From the human T2T-CHM13v2.0 reference genome, Homo sapiens, in assembly GCF_009914755.1 (NCBI RefSeq), contig NC_060939.1: a DNA stretch of 64,000 nucleotides; one strand, 5' to 3'. The notes beneath the pieces are model-generated. The model had not been told where the DNA came from. It worked only from the letters and a program-made list of their open reading frames with translations, and searched no databases. A program made the position numbers and the translations under genes. This document shows positions 50,708 through 64,000 of this stretch, piece after piece (the first letter of the stretch is position 1; each line of letters begins with the position of its first letter).

Positions 50708-51526
50708 TGAGGTGAAAGGACACGGTTAGGATTTTTTTTTAAGTGTAAGGTAAGTTAAAATAGTAAGAAACAGTAGTAGCGTAATACCTGGCCATGGCTG
50801 GAAGGTGGGTGCTGATGATGGGCATTGGAACAGACCTGGATACATCTCTGGCATCAGGGTCAGGAGGCAGTGAGCCTGTCGCTTCCTAGTTCTGGTGTTT
50901 TTTTTTTTTTTCCATGTCTTAATAAACAAACAAACAAAAAGCCCTCTTAGCCATTTAGAATAAGCATTTGGGGCCAAGGGGAGCAGAGAGAAGTATGAAG
51001 TTTACTTTTTCTCTTCAGTAGAATAAAAATTGCTGTCCATTTTTTCAATGTGATTTGTCAGAATAAATCTTTAACGTATTACATGTAAATAAAAGAAAAA
51101 AAAGTCCCTACAATCCAAATGGATATTTGGATAATTTTACGAAGTCTATATTAACACTTTAGTTCTATCAGCCCACAATAAAGTCCCATATCCATGAAGC
51201 AGTTGCTACCCTTTACTCACTAGCCCCAGCCCCAACAATCCCCAGTCTGTGTCCTATCTTTGTGGATTTGCCTATTTTGCATATTTGATATAAATGGAGC
51301 CTTACAATACGCAGCCTTTCATTTCTGACTTCTTGCATTTAGCATCATGTTTTCAAGACTGTAGCATTTGCTTGTGCTTCATTTCTTTCTTATGGTTGTA
51401 TGGTATTCCATTGCGGGAATGTACCATGCTTTATCTGTTCATCCATTGATGGCCATTCAGGCTGTTTCCACCTTTTGACTGTTAATCGTGCTGTGCACAT
51501 GTATTTGTTTGAGTACCTGCTTTTAA

Positions 51527-51878
<352 letters not shown>

Positions 51879-52010
51879 CTAAGCTCTATTCTGAATGCAA
51901 CAGGGAAAGGGGTCCTTTTAGAGCTTATGCTCAAAATCTTTGTCTCCCCTCCTCCCATCTCACTCAAAGTCAATGCTCAAATCCATACAATGACCTGCAG
52001 GGTCATACAT

Positions 52011-52230
52011 CAGGTGCTGGCAAACAGTAGCTGGATGGCAAGTTAGCCAGCTATTTTTGTAAATAAAGTTTTATTGGAACAAAACCACACTCATATGTTA
52101 CATATTGTCTATAGCTGCTTTCACACTAAAATAGCTGTGTTGCCTAGTTATGATGGAGGCCACATGGTCCCAAAAGCCTCAAACATTTACTCCCTGGCCC
52201 TTTACGGAACAAATTTGCTAACACTTGCCC
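52011..52230. mobile_element. MER58A within L2 fragments (~51900-52850)
   Basis: TTTTTGTAAATAAAGTTTTATTGGAAC…CTGGCCCTTTACGGAA. Confidence 0.8.
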
Positions 52231-52859
52231 TCCATGGTCTGGCTCTCTGCTGCCTCCCTGGCTTTGTTTTCTTCTGCCTCCTTGGGGTTCTTAGAGCCTG
52301 CTAGATAATCTTCTGCCTGACGGCTTTTACATGTCCTGTTGCTGTTTCCTGGCCTACCATGGCCTTCTCTCAGTCCACACTGTTACCTCCTTCAGGCCAA
52401 TGTCAATCTTCAAATGTCATCTTTTCAGTGAGGACTTCCCTTACCACTCTTTCAAATTGTAACCTCAACCCTAAGATGTTTCTGGCTTTACTTGTCTTCA
52501 ATTTCACCACATAGTTTACTTTTTATATTTCTCTATCTCCTTCCACCAGAATGTATCCTTCATGAGGAGTTCCCCTCCCTCCCATGAAGAATTTCCTCCC
52601 ATTCCTCATTGTTCACTGCCACATATTTTCAGCATCTAAAATGTTACCTGGAATGAGGTAGGCAGTCAATACATTCTTGTTAATGAACTCCCTATTTATG
52701 TCCTTATTCTCTTTAGTTTGCTCATTTATGCACTCATTCAGTGTATATTTATCAATAATTACACAACGCTAGCCACTGCTGCAGGCAGCAGCGATTTTAT
52801 AGTGAAGGCAACAAGCACAACCGCCTGATGTTAAGAAGCTTGCATTCTAGGTCATTCAT

Positions 52860-53380
52860 GGTGGGCTGGAACACGCTGGTGTCAGTGCTTCAGGGCTGAT
52901 TGTTAAACTTTCAGGTGTTAGGCTGGGCATGGTGGCTCACGCCTATAATCCCAGCACTTTGGGAGGCTGAGGCGGGCGGATCACGAGGTCAGGAGATCGA
53001 GATCATCCTGGCTAACACGGCGAAAACCCATCTCTACGAAAAATACAAAAAATTAGCTGGGTGTGGTGGCGGGTGCCTGTAGTCCCAGCTACTCAGGAGG
53101 CTGAGGCAGGAGAATGGAGTGAACCCTGGAGGTGGAGCTTGGAGTAAGCTGAGATCGCGCCCCTGCACTCCAGCCTGGGTGACAGAGCGAGACTCCATCT
53201 CAAAAAAAAAAAAAAAAAAAAAAATTCAGCTGTTAAACACAGCCATTATTGAAAGTTAAATAAATCATATAGCTTTACAAATAAATTACATTAAAAACAG
53301 AAGTCATAAATACTCAAGACGCATCACTTCCTAGTCGCCACATTTTATTTCTTGGTTCTTGATGTTATTATTTCAAGGGT
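52860..53380 (+). mobile_element. MER63 (hAT-Blackjack) split by an Alu
   Basis: GATTGTTAAACTTTCAGG…TGTTAAACACAGCCATTATT…AAATACTCAAGACGCATCACTTCCTA. Confidence 0.65.
52921..53224 (+). mobile_element. AluY-like
   Basis: Full consensus; TSD TTCAGSTGTTA. Confidence 0.95.
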
Positions 53381-53479
53381 ATCAGATAACCGGTGATTAG
53401 TACTATCTTTTGGAAAACCCAGCTCAGTGGTTTTCCAACTGAAACTCCCTCTCGCTTATTCGCAGGAGTCAGCTTAAGT

Positions 53480-54175
53480 AGAGCTCCGCGTGTTGGTTGC
53501 AGAAGTCGCCTGTCTTCCCCGCAGGAGGCTGTTTGCTCGCTTTGACACTGAATGCTCCCCCAACAAACACGTTTAGCTTGCTTGCCCTTCTCACCGACTG
53601 CGGAGAGGAGTCTCAGAGTGCACAGTCGCAGAGAAGGCGTGCGGGGGCGTGCAGGGGCGCACAGGCGCCTGCCTCTGCGGGTGGGAAAGGAAGGAGGTGC
53701 CCGGGTTTCCGCTCCCAGGGCTCAGCCTGCCTTGGGCACCTACGGTATGGGAGCCTTTAACGTGGAAAGGAAAGGAGATCGATCACTCGAGCCTCCACTT
53801 GCCAAGCCTGTGGAAGCGAGACGCGGGGATCGGCTGGGAATGCCTGGAAGCGCCGGCGCGCGGAGCCAGGTGGGAGGTGCGAGGTGGCCGCGCGGGGATC
53901 TTGGGTGACAGGGCACCGAGGGAAGGAGGACGCGAGGGCAGCCAGGCCCTAGGGAGCAGGGAGAGTGGCTCGGGCTCAGTCGCGTGGCCCCAGGTGCGCG
54001 TCCCAGGTGCGCGGCCTTGACCCAGCAGCGTCCGCCGTGCTGGCCGGGGCCTCGGCTCCGCAGCAGAAGCCGCGGTGGTGGCAGCCGGCGCGGGCGCAGC
54101 TGCCCGCGGCTGGGGCGTTTCATCTGCGCCGGCCTATGGTGCGGGCATCGCCCTGGGCCACGCGCTGATCGTCTC
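53480..54175 (+). promoter_or_regulatory. FAN1: FAN1 CpG-island promoter
   Basis: High GC and CpG density, GC-box-like GGGGCG motifs, located just upstream of the first coding exon. Confidence 0.88.
53835..53993 (+). other. FAN1: FAN1 non-coding exon 1 (start approximate)
   Basis: Donor CAG|GTGCGC at 53993/53994 inside the CpG island; next acceptor TTCTTGTAG|GAAG at 54493/54494. Confidence 0.75.
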
Positions 54176-54520
54176 CATCTCACTCAGAAAAAGTTACTCA
54201 TACAGTGGTCTTGTAAAGGGTCTGAAGTGGTCAAATTGTCCCTTTTTAGAAACGGATAGTTTTAGGTCTTAAAGATGTCCTAGAAATTACCCTTACAAGC
54301 CCAGCTCTGTCATTTTATAGTAAGGGACACTAAGATCGCGTACAGAGCTTGTCGGAGGGGCTTGGTCTTCTGTCTCACGCTCAGGGTTGTCTCCTCGTTA
54401 CAGGAGACCTTGCTCTTAAACGTTTCAGAGTTCGCTTTTCCCCTTGCTGAATTCATAAAAATGTTTTTAATTTATATGTGTTTCTTCTTGTAGGAAGAAG
54501 AAATTGTCGAGACGAATAAC

Positions 54521-55941
<1,421 letters not shown>

Positions 55942-57051
55942 TGATGTGATGGGCAGTAATCTAGTGACCGCAAGGAGTCACTGTGGTGTTGTGAGCACCC
56001 TGTGGGAGTGTTCATGGGAGTTGGAGCATAGTCGAAGGTTTTATTGAGAGGGATGCATGGAAAAGAGACAAGATTTTGTCCCGGGTGATGTTTACTCCTG
56101 CTGAACTTTGGTTACATTGGAAGCAGCTGTTTTTCTTTTATAGGTACATTTGATAGTTATGAAACAACCTTTTCCAGATTAAAAAACAATATAATGTGAC
56201 TTAGAAAAGCATACTTTGCATTTTGAGCGTGTAATCAGGCTTTCCATTAGGTTGTTTTGTTGTTCCTCAAAGATGAAAGTAGAATAAAATACAATACAGG
56301 AAGAAAACAAACCAACCTGAGGCATATTTTCTTTCTCCCAACAACATTTTAGATTTATGGACTGTGCCTTTTAAAGACAGGGTGTGGAGGAAATGGAAAC
56401 TTTCAAGCTGAAATTGGTACATTAAAAATACTAGTCTATGCCTGAAGTCCTTGGCAGCCAGGGGTGGCTCCAAGCCAGCAGTGCAGGTTTGTAGTAAAAG
56501 CCACCCTTGTGTCTTTACGGTGTTATTCAGAGGGCCATGATGACTCTGTGGAACCATGTCCCTGAGGGCAGGAAAAAACATGGTAGTCACACTGTCGTTT
56601 AGTAAAATGCGGCCATGTGTGACTCCTCAGTAGATAAAAAAGAGAAAAATCCTGAACATTACTATTGATGTTCAAGGGAAGGATTTCTATTTTAAATTCG
56701 CACAGTGGAATTATGGTATTCCTTGGGTTACTTTTTAACATGTGAGCGATACTTCTCTGGGCACAGCTGTGTGTAGTATCCACTTCCATCTCTACTTTTG
56801 CTGTTCTCACCAGAAGATGGACATAATAGCACATTGGCTTTTCTATCCAAACTAGTCACAGATCTTTGGTTGGGTGCTGATTGCATTCCTGGAGTATTTC
56901 AGAGATTGGTGGCTCTGTAATTCCATGTAATTGAGAAATAGGAACAGTTTTCCTAGTGCAAGTTCTGCATATGCATGTGTCTTGCACTCCATGGAGAATC
57001 ATGTACAATCTGTTGGTGTGTAGAAATAATTACTGCTAATTGTTTTTGCCT

Positions 57052-57540
<489 letters not shown>

Positions 57541-58042
57541 CAGCATGAACCATCATGACAGGTCAATTTTGCCTTTTTAAAGAAGAAAGGAAAATAAATG
57601 TTGGAAATTTTCAAAATACAATTAAGCCATTTTAGAGTTGGCCGAAATTTAAAGATAATCTGGGTAATAGGGAGATTGAGACCAAACAGGTTAATTAAGA
57701 AGCTTGGTCAAGATTGCTGGGTTAGAGATGACTGCCCTACTGAAGCTAGACATTTTTTTTGGAAAATTATTTCAGATTATTTTCGATCAAATCAGAATAA
57801 TGCATATTAAGCTAAGAGCAGAGAACAAAATAAGAATTCTGGGTAGGGCTTTTCTGAGGGAGTAGAAATGTTGATGTCTAGAAAATGGGGAACTTGATCT
57901 TAGAAGTTTTAAAATGACCAATAATTGTTACCAAATTTTTAAATGTACTTTCAAAATGGTTTATTCCATAAAATGAAGGCCTTATACATACAGTAAGCAT
58001 ATGTGTATTTCTAAATCGTACATTTATTCACCTTAGGTTTAA

Positions 58043-58264
<222 letters not shown>

Positions 58265-58429
58265 TGATCTGAAGAACTGAGCTTCTGCAGAATGATGGCA
58301 GTATTATTATGGTGCCCTCCCCGGGGTGGTGCCTGGTAACTTACTGTTTTTTAATTGAATTTTTAATCTTAGGACAACAAATTACTCATGTGATGCTAAA
58401 GCCATTCTTAGCCTGAGTTAAGAATACTA

Positions 58430-58820
<391 letters not shown>

Positions 58821-59559
58821 TGGATACATCCCTTCTTGGCGCTCTCCTTCCAGCAAGAGCTTGACTCATCTTACTCAGAGTCCTCTTCTTTATGATAGAA
58901 TAAAGCTGGTTGTTTGAAACCCATATTGCCTCTAAAAACTTCATCTGCCCCCCTTGCACACACATACAGTTCTTCGATTATGTTGATTGCCTTAAGCATT
59001 GTTGAATTGCTTTAAGCCTATGTGAACACTAAGGAGAGTCTATCTTCTGCAGTGATACCCTTCGTTGTCTTGTCAGTAGCATTCGTTAAGTACCTACCTA
59101 TGTATTGGGTACAAAATTGTACTGTATTAGGAAAGGGAAATGTGAGCCTTGGGTTCAAGTTGCTGACATTTTAGACCAAAATAAGCGAATCAGCCAGCTG
59201 GTTTCTTTGGGGCAGAGTTTATTGTGGGGAGCAGTAAGTGGGGATGAAGCGAAGTGAGCAGGAAGTGTGTTAGGGTGGGGCTGGATGGCGTGGGATGGGG
59301 AAAGTTGCGGGAGAGGCATAAAAGCTCAGTGAAGGCGCTTGGTTGTGAATGGTTAGTGGTGGGACACAGGACCCTCTGCAGAGCAGCGCTTCCCACACAT
59401 CAGTGCCAGCAGGGTCACCTGGGAACTTGATACTCAGTCCCCACCTGACTTGGAAAATGTGGTGCAGCTTCCGTAAATTCATATGTCTGACAGGCATGCC
59501 AGGTGACTGCTGCAGGTGAGCCTTGACTTACCTTCAAATGAGCAACAAAACCAGGATCC

Positions 59560-60045
59560 TAGTGGCTCACCGTGGCACTCAGTCAAGTGCAAGTCCCATC
59601 CATGCTCCAGCCCCATGGGGCCTGGCTCTGGCTGTCCCTCTCGCTTTCTGCCACGGCCACCCAGCCCTCAGTGTTCTTCACCAGGATGAGTGCATTCCTG
59701 TCTCAGAGCCTTGGACTGACTTTCCCCTCCACCCAGGTCAGTTTCCACCACGTGGCCACACGGCATAGTTCTCCTTTCCTTCCCCGCTGCGTGGTGTTAC
59801 CTTGTCAAAGGTTTGCCTGACTACTGTGTGAAATACAGCCAGCCTCCTGCCAGCTTCAGTTTGCCTCCTGAGTTGTGTTTTTCTTTAGAGCGGTTATTAC
59901 CACCTGATAAATTTGCCTATTCATTTAATTGTTACGCTGGGAGGCTAGCTCCTATGGATGGGATTTCTTTCACTGTAGCATGCCCGGGGCCTTAGAACAT
60001 TACCAGGCCGACAGTGTACACCCAATAAATATTTGCTGAATGGAG
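59560..60045 (+). mobile_element. L2 3' fragment
   Basis: Ends CAATAAATATTTGCTGAATG. Confidence 0.65.
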
Positions 60046-60550
60046 GAAGAAGGCACTGCCCTAAACTTGTGAAGCCTTGAAGGCAAAGACCAGCGAGGTC
60101 TGACTGAGCCGAATTCCTAGGCCAAGGTTGGTGTCGGGGCCCACAGTAGCCGAACAGGCTCACGAATGCCGAGTGAGCAGGAGAGGCTTGTGGGAAGAAG
60201 AGGGCTGATGATCAGTTCTCTCTGACCTGGTTTGAGAGGTCCCATTTTGTAGGGGTTTTGTGACGAGAAAGGCAGGGAGTATATATTCCAAGCAGGTGTT
60301 GAGATGCCCAAACCATAATGGCTATCCATGTGTGTCTTTATTTTAGTTATGTTTTCCTTTAGATTTTAGTGAGAAATTCTATTATTTGATAACTTTTAAG
60401 AGATATAATAATAGTGTTATTAATACGTTAATAATACCATGTTAATAATTCCACATTTAATGATTGGTTTGGCCAACTAATTAAAATTTTCTTAGTAGCA
60501 TTTCATTTTATTTTCATCTAACTAAGGTAAATAAAGCTAGAAAATAGTAA

Positions 60551-60808
<258 letters not shown>

Positions 60809-61753
60809 TAAAAACATTTAAAATGTTGATAGCACATATTAACTTACAGTAGATTGTATACTTGATTGAACTGTAATTGTTTATTTCAGTTGTAGTTAGA
60901 TTGAGAAGGCTGGAAAAGCCTTAATTGCAATAGCCTGGATTCTTTCTTGGGTTATTATTCAAAATTTTTGTCGTAATACCGTACTAATTTCCAGGACCAA
61001 GAAAAATCGGAAGGCAATAGGCCTTTGGTAAATTGTAGTATTTTATTTTCCGAGAAAAATACAGTTTTAAGTGATTCTTATGGGATTTTAAGGTAAACTA
61101 TTTAGTCAAATTTTTATTTTAGTTTTTGTTTACTAAACAAAGTATAATCAGGCAGTCTTAATGTGCAAGTTTTCCTGAGTTTAAACGTAACAATTTACCA
61201 AAAACTGTGAGTGGCTTCTTTTGTCCTTGAGAAGCCCTTGACCTGTTTCAGTTGAAAATTACAAAAACTTTTAGAATTGATTTCTTTTGCCCATGTTATT
61301 TATATAATCAAACTATATCAACTCTAGCCTGGGAATTCACTACTGTGGAGTCGAGGATGAAATGAGAGGATGCTTTTGAAAACACTTTAACATGATGTTG
61401 TTATTTATTTTATATATTTGTTTTGTATATTTCAGTTGTTATGAGCCCATCCTTGTTGGGGAGGTGCTATAAATACTAATCTTTAATGAAACATAGGTGT
61501 AATAAGGCAGACATTAAGAAAAATATAAATACCAACACTTGAAAAAAGCTCGTATTATAGATTTTTAAAAAGTACTTCAATAAATTACATACTTGTAATT
61601 AATTGACTTGAGAAGTATAGAATCCTCATCTGTGTGGTATGTTAAATGTCTTCTAAGTCCTTTCTTTATCTAATTGTATTTCTTAAGTATTTGATGTTAA
61701 CCTTATATGTAACATTTTATAAGCAAGTAAACATTAAATTTAGCCACCCTCTG

Positions 61754-62148
<395 letters not shown>

Positions 62149-62651
62149 TCAAGGCTGTTTTAGTTCTAGTGAAAACCACTGTCCTTTAAGGTTGTCCTTT
62201 ATTTCTTCATTCTGATGGTAAAGCCCAGCAGTGGAATTTCAGAGTCCCTGCCAGCCCCACGCTAGGGCAGCGCCTGGTGCTTTTACTCTGCTGTTATGAT
62301 AAAGAAACAGAAACAGCCACATTATTACAGAAAAAGGCACATTATTTATGCTTTCTTAATCCTTGCAGGAGTCACTGCTTAGTTTTCTGTGTTTAATGCT
62401 TCCTTTTGCAGACTGGAGGCTGTGTCCACTGGGGCATCCCCGGGACTCTGCGTGGAGGTGGATGAAATGGGTACTTTGGGGCAGTCTGTAGATGAGTGGC
62501 TCTCAGTTCAGTGGTGGTGTGATAGGAATCCCACCCCTTCCCCTTCAACTCCATGATGGTGGCACTCATCTCTCCCACACCCTCTGGGATGCAGTGCTGC
62601 TTTTGGTTTAATAGCTTCTGCACCAGAAGGGTGTGACATCTTTCACTAGCC

Positions 62652-62853
62652 AAGTGGTTCTCAACTGGGGGCATCTGGCATCATCTGGAGACATTTTTGG
62701 TTGTCAGTACTGGAGGTGGTGAAGCTAATGGCATCTAGTGACTAGAGGCCAGGGACAGGGCACTGCTGAGCATCCTATAATTTACAGGACAGCCCCTGAC
62801 AACAAAGAATTACCTAGCCTAAATGTCAATAGTGCTGAAGCTGAAAAACCCTG
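62652..62853. mobile_element. MER20
   Basis: AGTGGTTCTCAACTGGGGGC…TCTGGAGACATTTTTGGTTGTCA…AAATGTCAATAGTGCTGA…AAACCCTG. Confidence 0.88.
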
Positions 62854-63012
62854 CTATTGATGGTGTCTAAGCTGCTAGAGTCAGAGGGCCCACATGGTCC
62901 TGGATTTAATTTAGACCTCCAAGCCCACCTTGCAGACATCCAGAGTTGAACTGAATTCACTCCAATGTTATCCTAGAATAGAGATGCTGCTGGACCATTC
63001 TGTACACTAGAG

Positions 63013-63347
63013 AAGGGGTCTGCAACCCCCAGGCCATAGACCGATAACTGTCCATTGCCTGTTAGGAACTGGGCCACACAGCAGAAGGTGAGCAGTGTGC
63101 CAGAGAGCATGACCGCCTGAGCTTTGCCTCCTGTCAGATCAGCAGTGGCATTAGATTCTCATAGGAGTGTGAACCCTATTGTGAACTGCGCATGCGAGGG
63201 ATCTAGGTTGCGTATTCCTTATGAGAATCTATTGCCTGATGATATGAAGTGGAACAGTTTCATCCCGAAACACCTCCCTCAACCCCAGTCCATGGAAAAA
63301 TTCTCTTCCATGAAACCACTCCTTGGTGCCAAAAGCGTTGACTGCTG
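63013..63347. mobile_element. MER1B
   Basis: 8-bp TSD CRCTAGAG; consensus core. Confidence 0.9.
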
Positions 63348-63796
63348 CGCTAGAGAACAGCACCAAACTTTGGCATATACATTTGCACCACGTCTTGGTA
63401 CACAAAATCTGATGTTTTACCTGGAGCCTTTGATAATGACATTTTAAAGAAATACCATTATTTAATCTAAATCATCACTAGAATAAAAAATTGAGAATTG
63501 CTTCATGTTGACTAGGCAATACTTTTCTGAAAGTTTTCCTGGTATTTGAAGCACTCATGACCAGGGTAAACCCCAACCTACTGTGCAGCCGAGGAAGGAA
63601 GCACTTGTATGGAGCCAAACCATGTGTGGAACCATTTGGAGATGTACATTCATTTACTCCTGTGTATCCCTGGGTGAGCTCTCAGCCCCAGAGCAGTTAA
63701 GTAATGCTCCAGTGTTTAAAATAGTGAATGTCATTTCTCTTTATTTTAGATGAAAATAATTTGTAAAATCTGACATCCAAATGCTTAAAAAGCTAA

Positions 63797-64000
<204 letters not shown>

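Noticed and set aside
53497-54272. ORFs across the FAN1 CpG island
   Set aside because: Expected in GC-rich sequence; several use non-ATG starts; no coding signature.

Overview
Human (primate) genomic DNA, identified as 15q13.3 from the FAN1 gene at the right end. FAN1 (+) is seen as a CpG-island promoter, non-coding exon 1 (ends 53993) and coding exons at 54646-55879, 58089-58229, 60585-60786 and 63826->64000. The ~53 kb upstream is mostly nested transposable elements: a 5'-intact L1PA, MaLR and ERVL remnants, a solo LTR12C, >25 Alus, old L1/L2 and MER DNA transposons. It also holds a TMEM183A processed pseudogene with TSDs and an internal deletion, and a two-exon unprocessed MPHOSPH10 fragment. 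The most notable observations are: (1) a ~600-bp-period tandem array of Alu arms (45360-47140) with strand-specific T>C hypermutation resembling fossilised ADAR A-to-I editing; (2) a 39-codon uORF ending 5 nt before the FAN1 start codon; (3) the MPHOSPH10 relic, possibly marking the gene's ancestral position next to FAN1; (4) a sense-oriented LTR12C promoter upstream of FAN1. Repeat subfamily names are from recalled consensus sequences and boundaries are approximate unless TSDs are given.
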